Assembly: GCA_964361085.1 (NCBI GenBank)
Contig: CAYHZK010000001.1
Span: forward strand, 1 to 34,206
Direction of reading: 5' to 3'
From: an uncultured Planctomycetales bacterium
Lineage (GTDB): Bacteria > Omnitrophota > Gorgyraeia > Zapsychrales > JANLHA01
Length of the DNA: 34,206 nucleotides
The position numbers and the translations under genes are program-made. Position 1 is the stretch's first letter, and the number at the start of each line of letters is the position of its first letter. The notes under the pieces are model-generated. The model did not search any database and was not told the origin of the DNA. It worked only from the letters and a program-made list of their open reading frames with translations. This document shows positions 1 to 8,948 of the stretch, piece by piece.

Positions 1-2
1 AC

Positions 3-785
3 AGCCGTGTCATGGCCCTGGGCGCCGAGTATCTCGCGACGGGCCATTACGGCCGGATTGAGTATAACGCCGGCCAGGGCGGTTACGAATTGAGAAAGGC
101 TGTCGACGCCCGCAAGGATCAATCGTACTTTCTCTATAGTATGCGCAAGGAAACGCTCGACCGGGTGCTGTTTCCGCTCGGGGATCTGACCAAACCGCAG
201 GTCCGCGAGTTGGCCCGCCGTTACCGGCTCAACACCGCCGAAAAGCCGGAGAGCCAGGACATCTGCTTTGTGCCCGACGGGGGGTATCAGGAATTTTTGC
301 GTCAGCGGGTGGGAGAGGCGGCGTTCACGCCCGGCCCTTTCAAGAACGAACAGGGCGAAGTCGTCGGCGAACACAAGGGGATCGCGAATTACACCGTCGG
401 TCAGCGGGATAAACTGGGAATCGCGTTAGGGTCCCCGGTCTATGTTTACAAAATCGAAAAGGAAACCAACACGGTCTACGTGGGGCCGCTGGCGCGTTTG
501 TATTCCCGGGGGCTCGTGGCCCGGCAATTCAATCCGCTCTCGATGGACATCCCAAAAGAGACGATCACCGTCGAGGCCTGCATCCGCTACAACGCGCCGC
601 CGGTCAAGGCGCGATTGACGGCATTAGAGGCAGACGCGGTCCGCCTCGACTTCGACGAACCGCAAAAGTCCGTCACCCCGGGCCAGTCGGTCGTCTTTTA
701 CCGCGACGACGTCGTGTTAGGCGGAGCCGTCATCGAAGACCCCGTCCGCTGCGAGGCGGAAGAGGTGACCGAGGTACCAAAATAA
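3..785 (+). CDS. mnmA: tRNA-specific 2-thiouridylase MnmA, C-terminal part (5' end lies outside the window)
   Basis: The frame is open to the left window edge. 'LATGHYGRI', 'KDQSYFLY', 'FPLGDLTKPQVRELA' and 'ESQDICF' match the MnmA central and C-terminal domains. Confidence 0.85.
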   Translation, partial: SRVMALGAEYLATGHYGRIEYNAGQGGYELRKAVDARKDQSYFLYSMRKETLDRVLFPLGDLTKPQVRELARRYRLNTAEKPESQDICFVPDGGYQEFLRQRVGEAAFTPGPFKNEQGEVVGEHKGIANYTVGQRDKLGIALGSPVYVYKIEKETNTVYVGPLARLYSRGLVARQFNPLSMDIPKETITVEACIRYNAPPVKARLTALEADAVRLDFDEPQKSVTPGQSVVFYRDDVVLGGAVIEDPVRCEAEEVTEVPK

Positions 786-788
786 ATT

Positions 789-3071
789 ATGAGATTATCC
801 GACAACGAAAAACGGGATGCTATCAAGTTGATTCAGGAAGGCAGGCCTTTGCCTGAGAGGTACCGGTTTTTTTTGTTTGAGGATGACCGGGAGGTGGAAT
901 TGGTGTGGAACGGCAAGACGCAGGAGGTCTGCAATCTTGTGCTTCCGTTTCAGACCATCGAGCACATCGACGAGCCCCGCAGCGAGCGGATCAAAAAGGG
1001 CGAATACATCGGAGACCTGTTTGACCCCTCGGGCCGGCAGATCCGCGGCTGGACCAACAAGCTCATCTGGGGCGATAACAAGCTGATTCTTTCCTCGCTC
1101 AAGAACGGCCCCATGCGCCGGGAGATCGAAAAGCAGGGCGGGCTTAAGCTCATCTACATCGACCCGCCGTTTGACGTCGGCGCGGATTTCTCGATGAACG
1201 TTGAGATCGGCGACCCTTCGGCAGGCTCAGGGCAAGTGGAGTCTTTCACCAAAAAACCCTCCGTCATTGAAGAGGTCGCCTACCGCGACACCTGGGGCAA
1301 GGGCGCTGACAGCTTCATCGCGATGATCTACGAACGCCTCAAACTCATGCACGGCCTTTTGGCGGAGGATGGGAGTATTTATGTGCATTGTGATTGGCGT
1401 GTAAACAGTTATATAAAAAATGTCCTTGACGAAATTTTCGGCCCGGTATCTTTCTTAAACGAAATCATCTGGCAAAGAACGGGCGCTCATAATGATGCTG
1501 GCCGTTTTGGTGTTGTTCATGATTCAATCTTCTTTTACTCTAAAACAGAACAATATGTGTTCAACCCAGTATTTATCCCACTATCCGATGAACACTTAAA
1601 GACCCGTTTCAATCAAGTTGAGGAAAGTACAGGTAAACGATTCTTTGCTGGACCTATAACAGCACCGGGCTCCGGCCCTTCTCGAATTTTTAATGGTAAG
1701 AAACTTGCACCACCTAAAGGAAGACATTGGTCGTACTCACAAGAAGGTATCGATGATCTAGAAAAGAGAGGGATGATTTATTATTCAAGTACCGGAACAC
1801 CTTATCTTAAACAATACATGGATGAATACGCCGAACAAGGTAGGCGTGTTCAATCAATATGGGGTGATGTCCTCCCAAGTAAAACAGGTAATGAAGTTTT
1901 AGGCTATCCGACCCAAAAGCCTGAATCGCTGCTTGAACGTATTATTAAGGCCTCTTCCAACGAAGGCGACCTTGTTGCCGAATTCTTCTGCGGTTCGGGA
2001 ACGACGCTCGCCGTCGCCGAGAGGTTGGGGCGCAAATGGATCGGCTCGGACCTCGGGCGGTTCGCGATTCATACGTCCCGCAAGCGGTTGATTCAGGTCC
2101 AGCGGGACATGAAGAAGGACGGCAGGGATTTTCGCGCGTTTGAAATTTTGAACCTCGGCAAGTATGAGCGCGAACACTATGTCAATGCCGGCGATGGCGT
2201 CCGCGAAGAGGAGCGGCGGTATATTTTAAGCAACAAAGAACGGGAGTTTGTCTCTCTCATCCTGTTCGCTTACCATGCCCAGCCCGTGGACTCTTACAAT
2301 ATCTTCGTCGGCAAAAAGCGCGACCGTCTGGTCGCGGTTGGGCCCGTCAGCATGCCGGTTTCATCCGCGTTTGTGGACGAGGCCATCCGGGAAGCCCGCG
2401 TCAACGGGATCACCAAGTTTGATGTGCTGGGGTTTGATTATGAAATGGGTCTGGATTTTTCGGCGTTGAGCCGTCAGGGCGTTGATGTGCAGTTTAAGGT
2501 GATCCCGCGGGAAGTCTTTGACCGCCGCGCCGTTGAGAAGGGGCACGTTAAATTTTATGACGTGGCGTATATCGAGGTCAAGCCGGTCATCAAGGGAAAG
2601 GCAAACAATAAGACAGTCTCCGTTGAATTGTGCGACTTCAGCGTGTTTTATCATCAGGACAGCGTTGAGGAGACCGAAGGCGCGCTGAAAGAAGGCTCCA
2701 GCAAGATTGTGATTGAAAACGGACAGGTCATCAAAGTTTCGAAAGATAAAAAGACCTCCGTTGTGACGAAAGAAATTTTGACGAAAAAATGGACGGACTG
2801 GGTGGATTATTGGGCAGTCGATTTTGATTTTCAAAGCCGCAGGGAGATTGTCCGTTCGGTCGATCCCAGGACCGGCGAAGACAGGGAAGAATGGACCGGC
2901 GGTTATATCTTCGAAAACGAATGGCAGTCCTTCAGGACAAAAAAGGACAGAAAACTCGAACTGACCTCCGCCGAAAAAGAAGTCCCCAAAGGCCGCCGCA
3001 AAATCGCCATCAAGGTCGTCGACATCTTCGGCAACGATACGACGAAGGTGATTGAGGTGAATGTCGCGTGA
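789..3071 (+). CDS. mod: Type III restriction-modification methyltransferase (Mod subunit, beta-class N6A/N4C MTase)
   Basis: 760-aa ORF. N-terminus has 'VELVWNGK...LPFQTIE'. Motif IV 'LIYIDPPFDVGADF' lies upstream of 'GYPTQKPESLLERII' and motif I 'AEFFCGSGTTLAVAERLGRKWIGSD'. This IV...X-I order is typical of Type III Mod. C-terminal tail is 'WAVDFDF..NEWQSFRTKK..KVVDIFGNDT'. A res gene follows downstream. Confidence 0.85.
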   Translation: MRLSDNEKRDAIKLIQEGRPLPERYRFFLFEDDREVELVWNGKTQEVCNLVLPFQTIEHIDEPRSERIKKGEYIGDLFDPSGRQIRGWTNKLIWGDNKLILSSLKNGPMRREIEKQGGLKLIYIDPPFDVGADFSMNVEIGDPSAGSGQVESFTKKPSVIEEVAYRDTWGKGADSFIAMIYERLKLMHGLLAEDGSIYVHCDWRVNSYIKNVLDEIFGPVSFLNEIIWQRTGAHNDAGRFGVVHDSIFFYSKTEQYVFNPVFIPLSDEHLKTRFNQVEESTGKRFFAGPITAPGSGPSRIFNGKKLAPPKGRHWSYSQEGIDDLEKRGMIYYSSTGTPYLKQYMDEYAEQGRRVQSIWGDVLPSKTGNEVLGYPTQKPESLLERIIKASSNEGDLVAEFFCGSGTTLAVAERLGRKWIGSDLGRFAIHTSRKRLIQVQRDMKKDGRDFRAFEILNLGKYEREHYVNAGDGVREEERRYILSNKEREFVSLILFAYHAQPVDSYNIFVGKKRDRLVAVGPVSMPVSSAFVDEAIREARVNGITKFDVLGFDYEMGLDFSALSRQGVDVQFKVIPREVFDRRAVEKGHVKFYDVAYIEVKPVIKGKANNKTVSVELCDFSVFYHQDSVEETEGALKEGSSKIVIENGQVIKVSKDKKTSVVTKEILTKKWTDWVDYWAVDFDFQSRREIVRSVDPRTGEDREEWTGGYIFENEWQSFRTKKDRKLELTSAEKEVPKGRRKIAIKVVDIFGNDTTKVIEVNVA

Positions 3072-4687
3072 CGAAAACAACGCTCGAGCAGTTTGAGAAA
3101 TGGCTTTTAAAAAAAGAAGATGTTGCTTTGGAGTTTAAAGAGGCAAAAAACGGATTTGACGCCAGGCAGTCCCTGCCCGACTATTGCGCCGCGCTTGCCA
3201 ATGAGGGCGGAGGGAAATTGATTTTGGGTGTCGATGATAAGGGGACAGTGGTCGGCACCAAGGCTTTTGATGGCACGGTCAATAAACTATCTCATGAGCT
3301 TTTCACTAAGATAAAAATTCGTGTTGATGTGGAGGAGCTTGGTCATCCTCATGGAAGAGTCTTGATATTCCATGTTCCCGGACGCCTGCGGGGGCAGCGC
3401 GTGAGGTCCACGGGAAAATATCTGTATCCTATGCGCATGGGCGACTCATTAGCCGAGATGGATGATATAAAAACCAGGGAAATATTGAACGAAGATTCGG
3501 CTGATTTCACGGCAATGATCGTGCCGGGGCTGTCTTTTGACGGATTGGATGAGAAAGCGATAGAGCAGTTAAAACAAAAATGGGCTGATGAATCAAAGCG
3601 CAAAGATTATCTTTCCTTCGACGATAAAAAAGTATTGAGGAACATCGGGCTTATCCACGACCACGGCATCACGTATGCCGGGTTGATTTTGCTCGGTAAA
3701 TCCGAAGTCATCACTCGTTATCTGCCCGACGCGGAGATTATTTTTGAATGGAGAAATAACCCCAAACAAACGCATTATGATTTCAGAAAGAACTGGCGGG
3801 CGTCTTTTGCTGGCATCGATGATGAAATATGGAATACCATCAATGCGCGCAACCTTAGGATTCCTTTCCAGCAGGGATTTTTTCAAAGGGAAGTCTGGGC
3901 TTTCGACGAGAAGTCTATTCGCGAGGCTGTCCATAACGCCGTTATGCATCGAGATTATCTTATAAAAGGGAGGTCTATTTTTATAAAGGCGTCTCCGGAG
4001 GAATTTCATATTGAAAGCCCGGGAGGTTTTCCGCCCGGCATTACGCTGGAAAACGTTTTGCATAAGAAAGAATGGCGGAATCGAGTGCTGGCGGAGGCTT
4101 TTGAGAAAATTGGTTTGGCCGAGCGGTCCAGTCAGGGGCTGGATGACATTTTTGAAAAAGCCATTCGTGATGGCAAGGGACTCCCCGATCTTTCCAAAAG
4201 CGATTCCAGCACGGTTTGTTTGAGAATCCCAGCTCAGGTTAAGGATAAAGATTTCATTTTGTATCTTGAACGCATTACCAATGAACGTCAGGTTCATCTG
4301 TCGTTTGAGGAGATTTTTGAACTTGAGAAAATCAGAGAAAGTCAAAAAACAGGTAATATTGAGTTTAAGAACAAATTCTTGCAATTAGGCATCATTGAAC
4401 AGACAGGAAGAACGAAGGGTGCGCGATATATTCTTTCTCACAAATATTATGTTCATAAAGGGAAATCCGGTGTTTATACCCGATTGTTGGGGACATCCAG
4501 AGAATATAAAAAAGAGGTAATATTACAGCATTTACGAAAAAATGAGAAAGGGCTCGCTCGCGACTTTCAAGATATTTTTAATGAATTGCGGGCAACGGAT
4601 GTATCCAACCTTTTGCGAGAATTAAAGCAGGACGGGAAAATCGTTCATGAGGGGAGCAGGAAAACCGGCTATTGGCGGTTAAAATAA
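3068..4687 (+). CDS. AlbA_2 (Schlafen-like) / HATPase_c_4-like / C-terminal winged-helix protein (the 'divergent AAA / putative transcriptional regulator' family)
   Basis: 539-aa ORF. The only plausible start is GTG 3068, inside a GTGA overlap with the mod stop, with GAGGTG 8 nt upstream. N-terminus has 'VALEFKEAKNGF...GGGKLILGVDDKGTVVG' (AlbA_2-like). The middle has 'IREAVHNAVMHRDY...ESPGGFPPGIT...RNRVLAEAFEKIGLAERSSQGLDDI' (HATPase_c_4-like). The C-terminus 'LLRELKQDGKIVHEGSRKTGYWRL' is wHTH-like. GC is about 40% in sampled lines. Confidence 0.7.
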   Translation: MTKTTLEQFEKWLLKKEDVALEFKEAKNGFDARQSLPDYCAALANEGGGKLILGVDDKGTVVGTKAFDGTVNKLSHELFTKIKIRVDVEELGHPHGRVLIFHVPGRLRGQRVRSTGKYLYPMRMGDSLAEMDDIKTREILNEDSADFTAMIVPGLSFDGLDEKAIEQLKQKWADESKRKDYLSFDDKKVLRNIGLIHDHGITYAGLILLGKSEVITRYLPDAEIIFEWRNNPKQTHYDFRKNWRASFAGIDDEIWNTINARNLRIPFQQGFFQREVWAFDEKSIREAVHNAVMHRDYLIKGRSIFIKASPEEFHIESPGGFPPGITLENVLHKKEWRNRVLAEAFEKIGLAERSSQGLDDIFEKAIRDGKGLPDLSKSDSSTVCLRIPAQVKDKDFILYLERITNERQVHLSFEEIFELEKIRESQKTGNIEFKNKFLQLGIIEQTGRTKGARYILSHKYYVHKGKSGVYTRLLGTSREYKKEVILQHLRKNEKGLARDFQDIFNELRATDVSNLLRELKQDGKIVHEGSRKTGYWRLK

Positions 4688-4787
4688 ATTACATTTAAAA
4701 CTAAGCCGCTTTGCGTCTTCTATTTCCATAACATATTGTTATCCATAAAGTTGAGTTATATTTAATTACATTTAAATTACATTAAAT
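4687..4787. repeat. Repeat-dense AT-rich spacer between the AlbA_2-like gene and res
   Basis: 'AATTACATTTAAA' occurs at 4687-4699 and 4764-4776, and a degenerate third copy 'AATTACATTAAA' at 4775-4786 abuts the res ATG. A perfect palindrome ATAACA-TAT-TGTTAT lies at 4728-4742. 'TCCATAA' repeats at 4725-4731 and 4742-4748. Confidence 0.6.
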
Positions 4788-7476
4788 GGCTCTCCACAAA
4801 GATTTCCCCAAAGACAAATTTGCGATTTTAGACCCCGCGGTCCGCTGGTTTCCGGCGGATGAGGCGTTGCGCGAGCAGGGTTATGAGAAATTGCTGCCGC
4901 CTTTTGTGCCGGAATTGCGAAAACAGGTCAAGGCGTGGCGGGATAAGAATTACGAGGGCGCCGGTACAACGTCCCGGGCGCTTTTGAATTGGTGGTTTAA
5001 ATCAGAACATGTGGTTTACGGGGCGGATGGGAATGTCTTTCCGTTCCGCTATTATTTCGCCCAGCGCGAGGCCGTTGAGACCGTGATCTGGCTCTATGAT
5101 GTCGCGGGTGTGCGCAACCGGTATGATCTTCTGCCGTTTGACGCCCTGGGACGGGTCAGTCCCAATATGTTTGATGAAGACTGGCTGCGTTTGGTTATCA
5201 AAATGGCGACGGGGAGCGGCAAGACAAAGGTCATGAGCCTGCTGCTGGCGTGGTCGTATTTTCACAGGATGTATGAGCCGAAGTCGGAATTGTCCCGCAA
5301 TTTTCTTTTTGTCACGCCCAACATCATTGTTCTGGAACGCATTAAGACGGATTTTAACGGTTTAAAGATTTTTTATGAAGACCCTGTTTTGCCGGACAAC
5401 GGATACGAGGGCAGACACTGGGAAGATGATTTTCAGGTCACGCTGCACCTGCAGGATGATCTGACCGCCATTTCTCCGACGGGGAACATCTTTCTGACCA
5501 ACATCCACCGGGTCTACGAAGGGGACGTGAAGGAGCCGTCTTTTCAGGATGAGGATACGGCCGATTATTTTCTGGGGAAGAAGCCGGTCTCAAGGACGAA
5601 TGAGTCTCTTGTGGATTTGAGCGGCATGATCCGCGACATTGATGAGCTTACGGTCATCAACGACGAGGCGCACCATATTCATGATCCCAGGATGGCGTGG
5701 TTCAAATCGATTCAGGATATCCACAACAAGCTGCTGCAAAAGGGCCAACGGATCGCGCTGCAAATCGATTGCACCTCGACGCCGAAGCACAATAACGGCG
5801 GGATCTTTGTGCAGACGGTGGCGGATTACCCTCTGGTGGAGGCGATTCATCAAAATGTCGTCAAGACTCCCGTGCTGCCGGATCAGGCCAGCCGGGCGAA
5901 GCTGCAGGAAAAGCAGAGCGCCATTTTTACGGAGAGATATGAGGATTATATCAACTTGGGGATCGAAGAATGGCGCAAGACTTATCAGGAGCTTGAACCG
6001 ACGGGCAAAAAGGCGATTTTGTTTATCATGACGGATGATACAAAGAACTGCGACGAGGTTCAGGACTATTTGGAACGCCACTACGCCGACTTGAAAGGGA
6101 AAATCCTGACCATTCATACGAACAGAAGCGGGGACATTTCGGAAAAAGTCACAGGCAAGGACAAGGACGAGCTTGACCGGTTAAGAAAACAGGCGAATGA
6201 GATCGACGGATGGGAAAGTCCATATCAGGTGATCGTATCGGTTTTGATGCTCAAAGAAGGATGGGATGTCAAGAATGTGACCACGATTGTTGGGCTTCGT
6301 GCTTATGCGGCGGCCTCCAATATTTTGCCGGAACAGACGCTGGGACGCGGGCTGAGGAGAATGTTTTTTGGCCGGGACGATGTCCCTGAATACGTGAGTG
6401 TCATCGGAACGCCCGCGTTTATGGAGTTTGTCGAGTCGATCAAGGCGGAGGGCGTGGAGCTTGAAAGGCGGCCGATCGGGCCGGGGACCAAACCCGTTAC
6501 TCCAACCGTCATCGAGATCGATCACGGCAACCTAAAGAAAAATATCCAAAAGCTTGATATTGAACTTCCTGTTTTGACGCCGAGGATCCAGCGGGAATAC
6601 AAGAATCTGGCGGACTTGAACGTCTCCGGCTTTCGGCATGAAAAATTGAAAGTCAGACAATTCGGCGAACAGGAACAGCGGGAGATTGTCTTCCGGCATG
6701 TCGTCGAAGAGAAAATCCATCATACGACCATCCTGGAAAGCAATGTTGAACCGGATTATCAGAGCGTTGTCGGTTTTTTTGCCCAAGGCATCATGCGGGA
6801 GCTTCGCCTGTTTGGCTGTTATGACATTGTGTTCGGCAAGGTTAAGGAATTCATTCAGTCCCATCTGTTTGAGTCGCCGGTTGACCTGAATGATAAAAAT
6901 ATTTTACGCAACCTTTCCGAGATTGAAGTCACAAGAAAAATTATTCAGGCATTTAAAACGGGCATCAATGCCTTGACGGTCAGGGATGTCGGCGACGCGG
7001 AAATCAAGAATTTCATCAAGGTCAGCGACAGCCGTCCGTTTGTGGTGACCGACCGGGCCTATCTGGTTCCCAAAAAGAGCGCGTTCAACAGAATTGTGGG
7101 CGACAGCCAATTGGAGCTGGAGTTCGCGGATTTCTTAGAGCGGCTTGGCGACGGTGAAATCATTTCGTACGCGAAAAATTATCCTGAGATTCATTTTAAG
7201 ATTGATTACAAAAACGCCGACGGCACGATCGCCAATTATTACCCTGATTTTTTTGTGAAGGTGGATGAAAAGACGGTTTATATTGTCGAGCCCAAAGGGC
7301 GGGAGGATCTTGACGACCCGTTGAAGATCATGCGTCTGGTTCAGTGGTGCGAGGACGCGAACGGCCGTCAGAAGAAGATCGTTTATAAAATGCTTTACGT
7401 GAAACAGGAAGATTGGGAAAGATTGAGGCCCAGGAACTGGACCGACCTGATCGCCTCCGCGATCAGAAATGTATGA
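4786..7476 (+). CDS. res: Type III restriction enzyme Res subunit (SF2 helicase plus C-terminal PD-(D/E)xK-like nuclease)
   Basis: 896-aa ORF. Walker A 'MATGSGKTK', DEAH box 'VINDEAHHI', motif VI 'EQTLGRGLRR'. The C-terminal 'YYPDFFVKVDEKTVYIVEPKGRED' resembles a PD..(E)xK nuclease core. It lies next to mod. Confidence 0.85.
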   Translation: MALHKDFPKDKFAILDPAVRWFPADEALREQGYEKLLPPFVPELRKQVKAWRDKNYEGAGTTSRALLNWWFKSEHVVYGADGNVFPFRYYFAQREAVETVIWLYDVAGVRNRYDLLPFDALGRVSPNMFDEDWLRLVIKMATGSGKTKVMSLLLAWSYFHRMYEPKSELSRNFLFVTPNIIVLERIKTDFNGLKIFYEDPVLPDNGYEGRHWEDDFQVTLHLQDDLTAISPTGNIFLTNIHRVYEGDVKEPSFQDEDTADYFLGKKPVSRTNESLVDLSGMIRDIDELTVINDEAHHIHDPRMAWFKSIQDIHNKLLQKGQRIALQIDCTSTPKHNNGGIFVQTVADYPLVEAIHQNVVKTPVLPDQASRAKLQEKQSAIFTERYEDYINLGIEEWRKTYQELEPTGKKAILFIMTDDTKNCDEVQDYLERHYADLKGKILTIHTNRSGDISEKVTGKDKDELDRLRKQANEIDGWESPYQVIVSVLMLKEGWDVKNVTTIVGLRAYAAASNILPEQTLGRGLRRMFFGRDDVPEYVSVIGTPAFMEFVESIKAEGVELERRPIGPGTKPVTPTVIEIDHGNLKKNIQKLDIELPVLTPRIQREYKNLADLNVSGFRHEKLKVRQFGEQEQREIVFRHVVEEKIHHTTILESNVEPDYQSVVGFFAQGIMRELRLFGCYDIVFGKVKEFIQSHLFESPVDLNDKNILRNLSEIEVTRKIIQAFKTGINALTVRDVGDAEIKNFIKVSDSRPFVVTDRAYLVPKKSAFNRIVGDSQLELEFADFLERLGDGEIISYAKNYPEIHFKIDYKNADGTIANYYPDFFVKVDEKTVYIVEPKGREDLDDPLKIMRLVQWCEDANGRQKKIVYKMLYVKQEDWERLRPRNWTDLIASAIRNV

Positions 7477-7488
7477 AAGGACATCGTC

Positions 7489-8763
7489 ATGAACATCAGT
7501 CTGGACTTGCAGCACTTGAAAAGATTTGTCGAAAGAAAAGATTTGGACGCCCTGGCTCCCGCCGTCACAAAGGCGCATCAGGATTTGGAAAACCGCACCG
7601 GACCGGGGCAGGAGTTTACCGGATGGCTGGACCTGCCGGTAAAGACGTCCGACGTTTTTCTCAATGAGCTCAAAAAACTTGGCGAAGAGATCCGGGGGTC
7701 TTCCGACTGTCTGGTCTCCATCGGTATCGGCGGCTCCTATATCGGGATACGGGCCTCGCTGGAATTCCTGGTCTCCGATCAAAAACTTCCCATCTATTAC
7801 GCGGGTCACAATTTGAGTTCAACCTACCTTTACTATTTGTTGGAATCACTCAAGGATAAACGGATTACGGTCGTTGTCATTTCAAAATCCGGGACCACGA
7901 CGGAACCGGCCCTGGCGTTTCGCATCATCCAGCAGTTCATGAAGCAAAAATATTCCCCGGCGGAGGCAAGAAAAAGGATCATCTGCATCACCGACGAAAA
8001 GAAGGGCGCCCTGCGCGCGATGGCCGAAAGGGAAGGATATCGCGCTTACTCCATTCCTGACGACGTGGGCGGGCGGTTTTCGATCTTGACCGCGGTTGGA
8101 CTTCTGCCGCTGGCCATTGCCGGCATCGACATCCGCGCGATGATCGCGGGCGCGCGCAAGGCGCAGGAGCATTGTTCGGTCAACGATCTTGGGAAAAACA
8201 TCGCCTATCAGTACGCGGCCGCGCGGTATCTCCTTTATCAACAAGGGAAAGTGATTGAAATCCTGGCGACCTTTTATCAGAGGCTGGCCTTTGTCGAGGA
8301 GTGGTGGAAACAGCTTTTTGGCGAAAGCGAAGGCAAGGACAATAAGGGGATTTTCCCGGCCTCGGTCAATTTCACCGCCGATCTGCATTCGATGGGGCAA
8401 CTGATCCAGGAAGGGCAGAGGAATCTTTTTGAAACCTTTCTCCTGATCAAGGATTCCGGCAAGGCCTTGATTATTCCGGGAGAAGACCATGATCTGGATG
8501 GTTTCAACTGTGTGGCGGGCAAAGACTTGGATTATGTGAACAAACAGGCGTATCAGGCGACCGCCATGGCCCATTATGAAGGGGGGGTGCCGAACATGAG
8601 CATCACCTTAGAGAAGTTTGATGCGTATTCGCTGGGACAGTTATTCTATTTTTTCGAAAAGGCTGTGGCCATCACCGGTTATCTGATGGGAGTCAACCCT
8701 TTTAATCAGCCCGGGGTCGAGGCGTATAAGAGAAAGATGTTCGCTCTGTTGGGAAAACATTAA
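7489..8763 (+). CDS. pgi: Glucose-6-phosphate isomerase (short bacterial type)
   Basis: 424 aa. 'VVVISKSGTTTEP', 'GGRFSILTAVGLLP', 'LFGESEGK' and 'NPFNQPGVEAYK' are PGI signatures. Confidence 0.9.
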   Translation: MNISLDLQHLKRFVERKDLDALAPAVTKAHQDLENRTGPGQEFTGWLDLPVKTSDVFLNELKKLGEEIRGSSDCLVSIGIGGSYIGIRASLEFLVSDQKLPIYYAGHNLSSTYLYYLLESLKDKRITVVVISKSGTTTEPALAFRIIQQFMKQKYSPAEARKRIICITDEKKGALRAMAEREGYRAYSIPDDVGGRFSILTAVGLLPLAIAGIDIRAMIAGARKAQEHCSVNDLGKNIAYQYAAARYLLYQQGKVIEILATFYQRLAFVEEWWKQLFGESEGKDNKGIFPASVNFTADLHSMGQLIQEGQRNLFETFLLIKDSGKALIIPGEDHDLDGFNCVAGKDLDYVNKQAYQATAMAHYEGGVPNMSITLEKFDAYSLGQLFYFFEKAVAITGYLMGVNPFNQPGVEAYKRKMFALLGKH

Positions 8764-8766
8764 AAA

Positions 8767-8799
8767 ATAAGGACGATTCTTAAATCGAATCGTCCTTAT
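8767..8799 (+). terminator. Stem-loop after pgi (13-bp perfect stem)
   Basis: ATAAGGACGATTC (8767-8779) pairs with GAATCGTCCTTAT (8787-8799) around a 7-nt loop, starting 4 nt after the pgi stop. There is no clear U-tract. Confidence 0.45.
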
Positions 8800-8931
8800 A
8801 AGGTGATAGGCCTTGACTGCTTTCGCTATCTTCCTACCTCCTGAACTGGTTTAATTATGCCACCATCTCATCTGAAATGCAAGGGGTCATTTTAAAAATA
8901 TTGAATTTCTCCTCCGGTTCCCCGCTGGATT

Positions 8932-8940
8932 TGTGATAAT
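8932..8940 (+). promoter_or_regulatory. Extended -10 element (TG-n-GATAAT) placed for a leaderless transcript of the 8949 ORF
   Basis: TGtGATAAT lies at 8932-8940 and the hexamer ends 8 nt before ATG 8949. There is no Shine-Dalgarno upstream of that ATG and no convincing -35. Confidence 0.3.
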
Positions 8941-8948
8941 ATAAATCC

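Noticed and set aside
789-7476. Calling the R-M locus a mobile element or genomic island with defined ends.
   Set aside because: There is no integrase, transposase, tRNA target or flanking direct repeat. mod starts 3 nt after the mnmA stop and pgi starts 12 nt after the res stop. Only the internal compositional patches hint at horizontal exchange.
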